A stretch of DNA of 64,000 nt from the NCBI GenBank assembly GCA_039918435.1, contig JBDSHN010000057.1, forward strand, positions 7,244-71,243, in the 5' to 3' direction. The notes beneath the pieces were generated by a model that was not told where the DNA came from, did no database searches, and saw only the letters and a program-made list of their open reading frames with translations. Shown here piece by piece: positions 11,913 through 21,094 of this stretch. The position numbers and the translations under genes are program-made. This DNA is from Bacteroidia bacterium (GTDB lineage: Bacteria > Bacteroidota > Bacteroidia > Palsa-965). The stretch's first letter is position 1. Every line of letters starts with the position of its first letter.

Positions 11913-12605
11913 TTATGCGATCGATTTGGTTTCCACCTGAACGCTTGGGCTCATTGTGCTTGAGAGATAAATGCTTCTCATGTAAGCACCTTTTGCCGAA
12001 GCAGGTTTCAGCTTCAGAATCGACTGAAGGATTTCATTTGCATTTTCAGCGAGCTTTTCAACATCAAAAGAAGCTTTTCCTACAGAGGAATGAATGATCC
12101 CTGCTTTGTCTACTTTGAAATCGATTTTTCCGCCTTTGGAATCTTTTACTGCTTTTCCCACTTCCATCGTTACCGTTCCTGTTTTAGGATTCGGCATGAG
12201 TCCGCGGGGTCCGAGTACTTTTCCCAATGCACCTACTTTACCCATCATAGATGGAGTAGTGATAATTACATCAACATCTGTCCAGCCTTCTTTGATCTTG
12301 GTAATGAATTCATCACCTCCAACGAAATCAGCGCCCGCAGCTGTTGCTTCGGCTTCTTTATCCGGGGTACAAATAACAAGTACACGAAGAGTTTTACCTG
12401 TTCCGTGCGGAAGTGTTACTGTTCCACGAACCATCTGATTTGCTTTCTTTGGATCAACACCGAGGCGTATGCTCAGGTCTACAGAAGCATCGAACTTAGT
12501 TGTCGTAATTTCCTTTACGATCTTAGCTGCATCAACCAGGGAATACGACTTAGCTGCGTCGTATTTCGAGATGATCGCTTTCCTTTTTTTGGTCTGTTTG
12601 GCCAT
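11913..12605 (-). CDS. rplA: 50S ribosomal protein L1
   Basis: [15 protein letters not shown]. Confidence 0.99.
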   Translation of the reverse strand: MAKQTKKRKAIISKYDAAKSYSLVDAAKIVKEITTTKFDASVDLSIRLGVDPKKANQMVRGTVTLPHGTGKTLRVLVICTPDKEAEATAAGADFVGGDEFITKIKEGWTDVDVIITTPSMMGKVGALGKVLGPRGLMPNPKTGTVTMEVGKAVKDSKGGKIDFKVDKAGIIHSSVGKASFDVEKLAENANEILQSILKLKPASAKGAYMRSIYLSSTMSPSVQVETKSIA

Positions 12606-12675
12606 TTAATTGAAGTTGTGACGTACAAACGTCCAGATCTTTTTCGGGACTCCGTCGGGTTAAAAACTTCGAGAA

Positions 12676-13119
12676 TTAATTTTCAAGCGGGTTCGTTCCC
12701 GTAACCGTGAAACCAAGACTGCGCGCAGAACCTGCCACCATGCTCATTGCTGATTCAATGGTGAAACAATTCAAATCGGGCATTTTGTTTTCAGCGATTG
12801 CACGCACCTGATCCCATGTGACTGATCCGACTTTTTTACGGTTGGATTCACCTGATCCGAGTTGCACTTTAGCAGCATCTTTCAACTGGATAGCAACAGG
12901 GGGATTTTTAAGGATAAATTCGAATGATTTATCGTTATAAACCGTGATGATAACCGGCAGAACTTTTCCTGCTTGTGCTTGCGTACGGGCATTGAACTGC
13001 TTGCAAAACTCCATGATGTTCACACCTTTCGCACCTAAAGCAGGTCCGATTGGTGGAGACGGGTTGGCAGCGCCACCTTTGATCTGAAGCTTAATTAGAG
13101 CACTTACTTCTTTTGCCAT
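12676..13119 (-). CDS. rplK: 50S ribosomal protein L11
   Basis: [14 protein letters not shown]. Confidence 0.99.
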   Translation of the reverse strand: MAKEVSALIKLQIKGGAANPSPPIGPALGAKGVNIMEFCKQFNARTQAQAGKVLPVIITVYNDKSFEFILKNPPVAIQLKDAAKVQLGSGESNRKKVGSVTWDQVRAIAENKMPDLNCFTIESAMSMVAGSARSLGFTVTGTNPLEN

Positions 13120-13182
13120 TGTGATTTTTTTACTTTGTTTCTGTTATTTGTGGAAGCAACGTAACAGCGAGTTAGGGCAGGT

Positions 13183-13746
13183 CTATTCTTTTTCGACCTG
13201 CATGTAATTAAGCTCAAGCGGTGTTTTTCTTCCGAAAATTTTCACCATCACCTTAAGCTTCTTCTTCTCTTCATTGATCTCTTCGATCACGCCTGAGAAG
13301 GTATTGAACGGTCCGTCGATCACTTTCACCTGCTCACCTACTACGAATGAATTGAGCATTGTTTCCTCTGCTCCTGCCATTTCGTCGACCTTTCCGAGAA
13401 TGCGATTAATTTCAGACTGGCGCAATGGAACTGGGTCTCCTGTTTTTGAACCAAGGAACCCTATTACGCCTGTAATATTTTTGAGCATGTGCGGGATTTC
13501 TCCTACAAGCATACCTTCAAGCATGATATAACCAGGGAAGATGTTACGCTCTTTGCTCACTTTTTTCCCTCCGCGGATCTGGATAACCTTCTCCATCGGA
13601 ATTAAAACCTGCGTAACATAGTCCTGCATCCCAAGACGTGAAATCTCAGAATCGATGTATTGCTTTATCTTTTTCTCTTTGCCGTTAACGACACGCAATA
13701 CATACCACTTCTTAACCTGTTGTTCTTTTGTTTGGACCTTTGACAT
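13183..13746 (-). CDS. nusG: Transcription termination/antitermination factor NusG
   Basis: WYVLRV...FPGY, KOW domain VIDGPF...IFGRKTPLEL. Confidence 0.98.
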   Translation of the reverse strand: MSKVQTKEQQVKKWYVLRVVNGKEKKIKQYIDSEISRLGMQDYVTQVLIPMEKVIQIRGGKKVSKERNIFPGYIMLEGMLVGEIPHMLKNITGVIGFLGSKTGDPVPLRQSEINRILGKVDEMAGAEETMLNSFVVGEQVKVIDGPFNTFSGVIEEINEEKKKLKVMVKIFGRKTPLELNYMQVEKE

Positions 13747-13784
13747 TTTTCCGTGGGGAACTAGTTGGTTATGAAATTCAATTA

Positions 13785-13976
13785 TTAGAAAATGCTATAA
13801 AGCTTTTCCATCCCTTTGTTGAATGTAAAATCCATCGCAAAAACGACAACTGCAAAAATCAAGGTTGCAATCATTACGATGATTGCGCTTTCCTGCAGCT
13901 CTGTCCATGTTGGCCAGGTCACTTTGCGGAGAAGTTCATCTCCAACTTCCTGAAAGTAAACTTTGATTTTATTCAT
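13785..13976 (-). CDS. secE: Preprotein translocase subunit SecE
   Basis: ELLRKVTWPTW plus one TM helix, upstream of nusG. Confidence 0.97.
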   Translation of the reverse strand: MNKIKVYFQEVGDELLRKVTWPTWTELQESAIIVMIATLIFAVVVFAMDFTFNKGMEKLYSIF

Positions 13977-14024
13977 TGCTTTTCTTTTTTATTTCCTGCC
14001 TTTGCCTTGCAGGGTGATTCTTTG

Positions 14025-14095
14025 CACGGGAACCTGGACTCGAACCAAGATCAACGGTTTTGGAGACCGCTATTCTACCATTGAACTATTCCCGT
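14025..14095 (-). tRNA. tRNA-Trp(CCA), CCA end not encoded
   Basis: ACGGGAA TA GTTC AATGGTA GAAT A GCGGT CTCCAAA ACCGT TGAT CTTGG TTCGAGT CCAGG TTCCCGT G. Confidence 0.97.
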
Positions 14096-14122
14096 TTATT
14101 TAGGCTACCGGAGGTCCTTTGG

Positions 14123-14162
14123 CAGAGAAAGGTGTTCCCCTTTATTGAGCGGGGAACACCTT
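14123..14162 (-). terminator. Hairpin after tuf (terminator or processing signal)
   Basis: aaggtgttcccc ... ggggaacacctt inverted repeat followed by TTTCTCT on minus strand. Confidence 0.65.
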
Positions 14163-14221
14163 CGATCTGCTGTGATCTTGTTCGTCCCTTGCGTACGCAG
14201 GAGATAAACAGGTACCTTTTA

Positions 14222-15409
14222 TTACTTGATAATTTCAATTACCTGTCCAGCGCCAACAGTACGGCCACCTTCGCGGATCGCGAAACGAAGACCTTTATCC
14301 ATAGCGATCGGAACAATCAGTTTTACTGTGATTGTAACGTTATCACCAGGCATTACCATTTCGCGTCCTTCCGGAAGTTCGATTTCTCCTGTTACATCTG
14401 TTGTACGGAAGTAGAACTGTGGGCGGTATTTATTGTGGAATGGCGTGTGACGGCCACCTTCTTCTTTTTTAAGAACGTAGATCTCAGCTTTGAAATCATG
14501 GTGAGGTGTGATTGAGCCAGGCTTCGCGATAACCATACCACGACGGATTGCATCTTTATCAATACCACGAAGGAGAAGACCAACGTTATCACCAGCTTCG
14601 CCACGATCAAGAAGCTTACGGAACATCTCAACACCTGTACAGGTTGATTTGAGTTTTTCCTCTTGCATTCCGATGATCTCTACATCTTCACCTACGTTAA
14701 TTACGCCGGTTTCGATACGACCTGTTGCAACTGTTCCACGACCTGTGATAGTGAATACATCCTCAACAGACATCAGGAATGGCTTGTCTTTATCACGTGT
14801 TGGTGTTGGGATAAATGTATCCACAGCATCCATCAATTCCATGATTTTTTCAACCCATTTCGGCTCTTGATTCAATCCGCCGAGAGCAGAACCACGAATG
14901 ATCGGAGTTTTTGTTCCAGGGAATTTATAGAATACAAGAAGATCACGGATTTCCATCTCAACAAGATCAAGAAGCTCTTCGTCATCAACCATATCCACTT
15001 TATTCATGAATACAACGATTTCAGGCACACCAACCTGGCGGGCAAGAAGGATATGCTCACGTGTTTGTGGCATAGGACCATCAGTTGCAGCAACAACAAG
15101 AATAGCACCGTCCATCTGAGCAGCACCTGTAACCATGTTTTTTACATAGTCAGCGTGACCAGGACAGTCAACGTGCGCATAGTGACGTGCCGCTGTTGAA
15201 TATTCTACGTGTGATGTGTTAATTGTGATCCCACGTGCTTTTTCTTCCGGTGCGTTATCGATTGACGAAAAGTCGCGGACTTCCGCGAGACCTTTAGATG
15301 CAAGTACAGTTGTGATTGCAGCAGTAAGTGTTGTCTTACCGTGGTCAACGTGACCGATGGTACCAACGTTCACGTGTGGTTTGGAGCGGTCAAATTTTTC
15401 TTTTGCCAT
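14222..15409 (-). CDS. tuf: Elongation factor Tu
   Basis: [20 protein letters not shown]. Confidence 0.99.
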   Translation of the reverse strand: MAKEKFDRSKPHVNVGTIGHVDHGKTTLTAAITTVLASKGLAEVRDFSSIDNAPEEKARGITINTSHVEYSTAARHYAHVDCPGHADYVKNMVTGAAQMDGAILVVAATDGPMPQTREHILLARQVGVPEIVVFMNKVDMVDDEELLDLVEMEIRDLLVFYKFPGTKTPIIRGSALGGLNQEPKWVEKIMELMDAVDTFIPTPTRDKDKPFLMSVEDVFTITGRGTVATGRIETGVINVGEDVEIIGMQEEKLKSTCTGVEMFRKLLDRGEAGDNVGLLLRGIDKDAIRRGMVIAKPGSITPHHDFKAEIYVLKKEEGGRHTPFHNKYRPQFYFRTTDVTGEIELPEGREMVMPGDNVTITVKLIVPIAMDKGLRFAIREGGRTVGAGQVIEIIK

Positions 15410-15531
15410 TGCTGTTGTTTTTGGTGTTGATTATTGTTTGTGTTTCGTAATGTTTACTCTTCAATATTTTTTTTCTGCCAGGCACCATTTCCCTTTGGTG
15501 AGCCGTTACTCACTAAGCTGAAGCTTTCGTG

Positions 15532-15603
<72 letters not shown>

Positions 15604-15679
15604 GATGATCAGGAGATGCAATGTACTTCTGCTTTTTTTCATTTCTACCGGCCTTTGCCGTTTTCATTTTGTTCTTCTG

Positions 15680-15752
15680 AGCGGAAGACCGGGCTCGAAC
15701 CGGCCACCTATAGCTTGGAAGGCTATCGCTCTACCAAATGAGCTACTTCCGC
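15680..15752 (-). tRNA. tRNA-Gly(TCC)
   Basis: GCGGAAGTAGCTCATTTGGTAGAGCGATAGCCTTCCAAGCTATAGGTGGCCGGTTCGAGCCCGGTCTTCCGCT. Confidence 0.96.
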
Positions 15753-15888
15753 TTATTTTTATCGTTTACGACTGATGCTCTACCATCCCGATAGCTATCG
15801 GGAGAGCTACTTCTGCTTATTTTTATCGTTTACGACTGATGCTCTACCATCCCGATAGCTATCGGGAGAGCTACTTCCGCTTATTTTT
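15753..15888 (-). repeat. 2 x 64-bp tandem repeat made of tRNA-Gly 5' fragment with an 18-bp palindrome in the D-loop
   Basis: Unit (minus): GC(G/A)GAAGTAGCTC-TCCCGATAGCTATCGGGA-TGGTAGAGC-ATCAGTCGTAAACGATAAAAATAA; palindromes at 15786-15803 and 15850-15867. Confidence 0.92.
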
Positions 15889-15960
15889 TTAACGGGGTTT
15901 CACTGCCGCTAATTTACCTTCCGGTTTTTCACAACTGCAATTGTTCCTGTAGCTGTTTTG

Positions 15961-16042
15961 TGGGGAGAACAGGATTCGAACCTGTGAAGACTAAGTCAAC
16001 AGATTTACAGTCTGTCCTCGTTGGCCGCTTGAGTATCTCCCC
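15961..16042 (-). tRNA. tRNA-Tyr(GTA)
   Basis: GGGGAGATACTCAAGCGGCCAACGAGGACAGACTGTAAATCTGTTGACTTAGTCTTCACAGGTTCGAATCCTGTTCTCCCCA, long variable arm. Confidence 0.96.
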
Positions 16043-16109
16043 TCGAAGCCATTGATGAAGTGATTTACTTAGTTCCCCTGTGACAATTGTTCATTTTTCA
16101 AAAAAAATG

Positions 16110-16182
16110 AGCCGGCGAAGGGATTCGAACCTCCGACCTGCTGATTACAAATCAGCTGCTCTACCAGCTGAGCTACACCGGC
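16110..16182 (-). tRNA. tRNA-Thr(TGT)
   Basis: GCCGGTGTAGCTCAGCTGGTAGAGCAGCTGATTTGTAATCAGCAGGTCGGAGGTTCGAATCCCTTCGCCGGCT. Confidence 0.97.
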
Positions 16183-16239
16183 TATTAAGTGTCAGTCACG
16201 AGGATGTGCCTAAGTGATCATCACGCATACATCTCCTGA

Positions 16240-16251
16240 TTTCAAAGAACT
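16240..16251 (-). promoter_or_regulatory. boxA-like antitermination element in tRNA-tuf operon leader
   Basis: AGTTCTTTGAAA between the promoter and the first tRNA. Confidence 0.55.
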
Positions 16252-16290
16252 TTAGAGGCTTTTTTATTGGATGCCCCTCAAAAAGGACTG

Positions 16291-16321
16291 CAAATGTACA
16301 ATTATTTAATCACCCAACAAA
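16291..16321 (-). promoter_or_regulatory. Bacteroidota housekeeping promoter of tRNA-tuf operon
   Basis: TTTG-N19-TACATTTG matches the -33/-7 consensus. Confidence 0.8.
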
Positions 16322-16424
16322 TCTGAAATTATTTTTTTTAAGTGATTTTCAGCCTTTTTGGGGCTCGATCATTACGATTCCAGGCGCAATTCTGTTTTCA
16401 ACAGGAAAATAATTCACCGGTACC

Positions 16425-16458
16425 AAAAAAAACGTCCCGTTTATGGCGGGACGTTTTT
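16425..16458. terminator. Terminator after hpf (bidirectional shape)
   Basis: aaaaaaaacgtcccg-tttatgg-cgggacgttttt. Confidence 0.85.
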
Positions 16459-16480
16459 GACTGAATGGGCATTATTCAGC

Positions 16481-16780
16481 TCAAATTCCTTTTTGTTTTT
16501 CTTTATATCGTTTCACTTGCTTTGAAAGCGCTGAAATTCCCGTGTCAATCGCTTCTTCAAAGGTTTTGCATTTTCGTTTTACATAAAGATCATTGCCGGG
16601 AACATTCAATTTGATCTCGGCAACTTTATTTGTTGAATCTTCCGAATTATCAAGGCGAAGAAATACTTCACTGCTGATAATTCCATCATAAAAGTGATTA
16701 AGTTTTGTTACTTTCTCCTCGATAAACCCCAACAACTTGCTGTCGGCAGTAAAATGGATGGATTGAATCTGGATGTTCAT
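16481..16780 (-). CDS. hpf: Ribosome hibernation factor HPF/RaiA (short form)
   Basis: MNIQIQSIHF...FEEAID, 99 aa, rpsU-xerC-hpf synteny. Confidence 0.92.
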   Translation of the reverse strand: MNIQIQSIHFTADSKLLGFIEEKVTKLNHFYDGIISSEVFLRLDNSEDSTNKVAEIKLNVPGNDLYVKRKCKTFEEAIDTGISALSKQVKRYKEKQKGI

Positions 16781-16786
16781 AATTGT

Positions 16787-16792
16787 CCTCCT
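16787..16792 (-). promoter_or_regulatory. Canonical Shine-Dalgarno upstream of hpf
   Basis: AGGAGG-ACAATT-ATG. Confidence 0.6.
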
Positions 16793-16833
16793 GTTTTTGG
16801 AATGTTTCGGATATGATCCGTCTTTAAATATTT

Positions 16834-17754
16834 TTATGCGCGTGGATGCGCTTTATGATAAATTGCTTTTAATTTTTCAACCGTGTTGTGCGTATAGACC
16901 TGCGTGGCTGATAAATTGGCGTGACCAAGAAGTTCTTTGATTGCATTAAGATCGGCACCGTGATTAAGCATGTGAGTAGCGAAAGAATGACGTAATACAT
17001 GAGGTGACTTTTTATTGATCGTTGTTACAAGACTAAGGTAGCGGTTGACACGGGTGTAAACAAACTTTTCGCTGAGTTTTTTTCCATCTCTTTTTTGCAG
17101 CAGCAATCCGTTTTTCTCATCAGGAACTGGCACATTTCCCTTCAACTTTTCGTTAATAAAATGTTTGCCAAGCTCGATCATTTCTACCGTCAGGGGAATG
17201 ATTCTTTCCTTATTGCGTTTCCCCAGCACTTTCACCGTTCCTTCAACTGGCTGAAAATCAATTTGTTTAAGATTAATAAGTTCCGATAACCGCATCCCGG
17301 TTTCGTAGAGCATGCCAATTATCAAACGCACTAGCAGCGCATCAAACGCATCAGCTTCCGTCTCTTCAAAAACATTCTTATCCAGTAAATTTCCCATCTG
17401 CGATTCCTCTACAAAAACCGGTAAACGTTTACCTGATTTTGGTCCCTGGATCTTAAGCATCGGATTGAGGCTGATGACCTCGTTTTTAAGCAAAAAATGA
17501 AAATAAGTGCGGAGCGTAGTGATCTTGCGATTGACTGAACGCGGTGTAATGCCATTTTCCATCAAAGAAGCAATCCATGTGCGGATAATGGGATAATTGG
17601 CTTCCTGCGGTGGTAGATTTTCGTAAGTTGTAGCTAAGAAATCGCGGAACTGGATGAGATCGGTGCGGTAGGAAGTCAGCGTATGAGGGGAAAGCCGCCT
17701 TTCGAATCCGAGGTAATCAATAAAAGGGTCAAAAATATCAGGAGCGTCGTTCAC
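16834..17754 (-). CDS. xerC: Tyrosine recombinase, XerC-type
   Basis: TGMRLSEL, VLGKRNKER, HVLRHSFATH, LLGHANLSATQVY; housekeeping position. Confidence 0.88.
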   Translation of the reverse strand: MNDAPDIFDPFIDYLGFERRLSPHTLTSYRTDLIQFRDFLATTYENLPPQEANYPIIRTWIASLMENGITPRSVNRKITTLRTYFHFLLKNEVISLNPMLKIQGPKSGKRLPVFVEESQMGNLLDKNVFEETEADAFDALLVRLIIGMLYETGMRLSELINLKQIDFQPVEGTVKVLGKRNKERIIPLTVEMIELGKHFINEKLKGNVPVPDEKNGLLLQKRDGKKLSEKFVYTRVNRYLSLVTTINKKSPHVLRHSFATHMLNHGADLNAIKELLGHANLSATQVYTHNTVEKLKAIYHKAHPRA

Positions 17755-17764
17755 AAATAGCTAT

Positions 17765-17824
17765 AAAAAGAAATACACACAATTGTACGGATTCCGGTTA
17801 AGGAAGTTCGCACAAATGTGTGTA
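17765..17824 (-). terminator. Hairpin plus T tract after rpsU
   Basis: tacacacatttgtgcg...cgtacaattgtgtgta then TTTCTTTTT on minus strand. Confidence 0.7.
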
Positions 17825-17867
17825 GATATGTTAATTGATCAATCGCGCTTATTTCGCGATTTACAAT

Positions 17868-18062
17868 TTATATTTCTTCAGCAATCTGTAAACCTTGCTT
17901 GTAAATCGCTTTCAGCTTTGTTTCACGCTTACGGATAGAAGGTTTTGTGAATTTCTGACGATCACGCAATTCGCGTACAACGCCTGTCTTTTCAAATTTC
18001 TTCTTGAATTTTTTGAGAGCTTTTTCGATTGACTCTCCTTCTTTAACTGCTACTACTATCAT
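17868..18062 (-). CDS. rpsU: 30S ribosomal protein bS21
   Basis: ESIEKALKKFKKK...FTKPS; Tyr at position 54. Confidence 0.97.
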   Translation of the reverse strand: MIVVAVKEGESIEKALKKFKKKFEKTGVVRELRDRQKFTKPSIRKRETKLKAIYKQGLQIAEEI

Positions 18063-18093
18063 TGTGAGTTGATTGTTAATTTTATCAGGGCTG

Positions 18094-18125
18094 CAAATGT
18101 AGAAAAATCTTTCGGATTATACAAA
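18094..18125 (-). promoter_or_regulatory. rpsU promoter
   Basis: TTTG-N20-TACATTTG. Confidence 0.7.
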
Positions 18126-18227
18126 CCCGTATAATCTTTTTTAAAAACCGGCGTTATTGAGCGGTGAGTCCGTAAGAAAATAAATTTTTCAGTTTTAAAG
18201 AATTTTCTAATCCATTTAATTTACCTC

Positions 18228-19814
18228 ATGATTACTACAAAAAACCTCCATTTTAACCTCGCTTTCGCCTTTTCTCTCCTGTTTTTAACCGGTGGCGCAC
18301 AAAGTTCAACCTTTTCCAAATATTTTGCTTTTACCCTGAACAGCCAGATGAGCACCTCCACGTTCACCAATTGCCATGAACTCAGGCACCAAAATGGCTA
18401 CCTGCTTACCGCAGAAAAATATACCAACCAGAACATTCGCAATACCATGCTCATTCGCACGGATACTTCTTTGAATGAGCTCTGGACAACTATGCTGAAT
18501 TTCAGGTTAGCTGCTGCGCCTTTTGATAATATTCAATTTAGTGATGTGGGCGAATTGCTCAATGGAAATTATTACCTCTTTGGCCAGGCCGCCGTTGTGG
18601 GAGATCCGTATTACGTTATCTATGTTTTCGATACCACGGGCACTGTGATTCATTATACTGCTATTCACGACACACTTAATTTGAGTAATCTGGCAGTGAT
18701 GACTGACCTTAAAATCTCTAAAGACAGCAGCCTGATCATTACACTTTCGGAATATGAAAAGTTCGGATTTTACCGACTGGATCAAAATCTGAACCTGATA
18801 TCCAGCGCTGTGTATTCGAACAACTTAGGCGTTTTTGGAGGAAGAGGTAGCTTCCTGCTTGCGGATTCCACCATTTTATTTCCGGGTGATTCGGGCGGAT
18901 TGATTCTTACAAAAACCAATCTGAACAACTCCATTATCTGGACGTACCGCTATCCGGAAGTTGGAAAATGTTTCACCATGTGCCAAACAGCTACCGGCTC
19001 AATTTACATCGGAGGCGCTGCATATCCACCAAGTGGAAGCGCAGTTTCTTATGTAGCAAAAATCAGCGCGACCGGTCAGCTCATCTGGTATCATACTTAT
19101 CTCATGGCAAATAGTCTTACCATGAGTGCCATTTGGAATATGTATCGTGATGGAAATAACCTTATGCTGTATTCCGATAGCGTAATGTTTAAAATAGATA
19201 CGCTCGGCTTCCCAATTGGCAACGGCTTTACCGTAAACAGTGATAATTACAAAGTCATGAAACCATGCGGCGGAAACGATTTTATGCTCGCCGGACCTGT
19301 TTATCAATCAACGCCTCAAGCTTACAGGCACACCATATTGCGTTTTGACATGAACACCGTTTCTGGTTGCCTGCTGCCACGTGCTATGGTAACAACAGTA
19401 GCTTCAAGTCAGCGATTGCCAGCGATTCCTCATGCATTAGCCCACGGAATTCAAAGCGAAATAATTCTTTACTCCGACACAACGGTTCAAATGGATTACG
19501 ACTTTTTTTATGGTTGTCCAATAACCGGCGTAGGTATTTCAGAAATTTCAGAAGCGATAAATACATTTTCTGTTTTCCCAAATCCCGCTTCTGATGTGAT
19601 GAATATTCATTATGAACCAAATGATCGTAATGCTGTGCTGACTTTTACATTGACAGATATAAGCGGGCGAATTGTACTAAGCGAACAAGTGAATAAGGGT
19701 GGTGAAAATGAATTCAGCTTTTCCGTTTTAAATATGGCAGAAGGAATTTACACGATTTCACTGTATGAAAATGGTCTCGCTGCAGGGCATAAACTTTTTT
19801 CCGTAAAACATTAA
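18228..19814 (+). CDS. Secreted beta-rich protein with T9SS type A C-terminal sorting domain
   Basis: Signal peptide; C-terminal VFPNPAS...DISGRIV...GIYTI...KLFSVKH. Confidence 0.88.
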   Translation: MITTKNLHFNLAFAFSLLFLTGGAQSSTFSKYFAFTLNSQMSTSTFTNCHELRHQNGYLLTAEKYTNQNIRNTMLIRTDTSLNELWTTMLNFRLAAAPFDNIQFSDVGELLNGNYYLFGQAAVVGDPYYVIYVFDTTGTVIHYTAIHDTLNLSNLAVMTDLKISKDSSLIITLSEYEKFGFYRLDQNLNLISSAVYSNNLGVFGGRGSFLLADSTILFPGDSGGLILTKTNLNNSIIWTYRYPEVGKCFTMCQTATGSIYIGGAAYPPSGSAVSYVAKISATGQLIWYHTYLMANSLTMSAIWNMYRDGNNLMLYSDSVMFKIDTLGFPIGNGFTVNSDNYKVMKPCGGNDFMLAGPVYQSTPQAYRHTILRFDMNTVSGCLLPRAMVTTVASSQRLPAIPHALAHGIQSEIILYSDTTVQMDYDFFYGCPITGVGISEISEAINTFSVFPNPASDVMNIHYEPNDRNAVLTFTLTDISGRIVLSEQVNKGGENEFSFSVLNMAEGIYTISLYENGLAAGHKLFSVKH

Positions 19815-19863
19815 CAGCCGTTTTGACGGAGTTAAGCCGACTCGCTTAACTTTGCCCAGCATT

Positions 19864-21015
19864 TTGGAAAAGAAAAAAATATTCATTCTCGGGCCTGCAT
19901 GGCCTTTGCGCGGGGGACTTGCCACTTTTGATGAGCTGCTTTGCCGTTCGTTAAATGATGCAGGTCACGAGTGCAGCATTATTTCTTTTTCATTGCAGTA
20001 TCCCGGTTTTCTTTTTCCCGGCACGACTCAATTTGATGAAACGGGAAAATCGCCGGAAGGAATTACTATTGAGACAAAGATCAATTCGGTCAATCCCTTC
20101 AATTGGTTTTCCGTCGGCAATTATATCAAAAAGGAAGCGCCCGACTTTATTCTGATCCGCTACTGGCTTCCGTTTATGGGTCCATCACTCGGAACAATTG
20201 CGCGGCGTGCGAAGAAAAATAAAAAAACAAAAGTAATCGCCATCGTCGATAATGCTATTCCACATGAAAAACGGGCGGGCGATAAAATGTTCTCGTCTTA
20301 TTTTCTGAAAAGCTGCGATGCCTATTTAACCATGTCGCAAAAAGTGTTGCACGACCTGCAGCAATTCACAGATTCGACAAATAAACTTTTTACAGAGCAT
20401 CCGCTTTATACTTCATTCGGAGAAGTAGAAGAAAAAATAAACGCCCGTAAGCATTTACGTATTGAAGAAGAAGGGAAATTTCTTTTGTTTTTCGGGCTCA
20501 TCCGCCGTTACAAAGGACTTGATCTTTTGCTTGAAGCGATGGCTGATGAACGCGTGAAAAAGCTGAATGTAAAATTGCTTGTCGCCGGTGAATATTACGA
20601 AGACAAGAAATATTACGAAGAGATCATTGAACGCAACGCTTTGAAAAACCATGTTGTGCTGCATACCAAATTCATTCCCAATGAAGATGTGAAATGGTAT
20701 TTTTCCGCTTGCGATCTTGTTGCGCAAACCTATCATGCAGCAACACAAAGCGGCGTTACAAAAATTGCATTGCAGTTTGACAAACCTTCACTCGTTACAA
20801 ACGTCGGCGGACTCGGAGAAATTATTTTTCACGGCAGATCAGGTTATGTGGTGGCACCGAAAGCAAAAGATATTGCAGACAGCATTGTTGACTTTTATGA
20901 AAACCTGCGCGAAGAAGATTTTGTGCGCGAAACGATTGAAGAGAAAAAGAAATACGGCTGGGATGTGATGGTGGATAATGTGGAGACGCTTTATCGCAGA
21001 GTTTCTGAAAAATAA
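19864..21015 (+). CDS. Glycosyltransferase family 4
   Basis: LFFGLIRRYKGLDLL, TQSGV, VTNVGGLGEI. Start moved to TTG 19864 because TTG 19852 is part of the TAACTTTG -7 element. Confidence 0.9.
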   Translation: MEKKKIFILGPAWPLRGGLATFDELLCRSLNDAGHECSIISFSLQYPGFLFPGTTQFDETGKSPEGITIETKINSVNPFNWFSVGNYIKKEAPDFILIRYWLPFMGPSLGTIARRAKKNKKTKVIAIVDNAIPHEKRAGDKMFSSYFLKSCDAYLTMSQKVLHDLQQFTDSTNKLFTEHPLYTSFGEVEEKINARKHLRIEEEGKFLLFFGLIRRYKGLDLLLEAMADERVKKLNVKLLVAGEYYEDKKYYEEIIERNALKNHVVLHTKFIPNEDVKWYFSACDLVAQTYHAATQSGVTKIALQFDKPSLVTNVGGLGEIIFHGRSGYVVAPKAKDIADSIVDFYENLREEDFVRETIEEKKKYGWDVMVDNVETLYRRVSEK

Positions 21016-21094
21016 TGTGCAGATTTCAAATGCTCAAATGAGATTTTCTCAATAGGTTGATCGCCTGAATCCATTTAGCTACTTTCGTACTCTT

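Noticed and set aside
15728-15888. Possible mini CRISPR array (palindromic repeats at regular spacing)
   Set aside because: The intervening sequences are identical rather than unique spacers, the repeat is tRNA-derived, and no cas genes are present.
16834-17754. Tyrosine recombinase near tRNAs as a prophage or ICE integrase
   Set aside because: XerC-sized, in the housekeeping rpsU-xerC-hpf arrangement, with no cargo or tRNA 3'-end att duplication.
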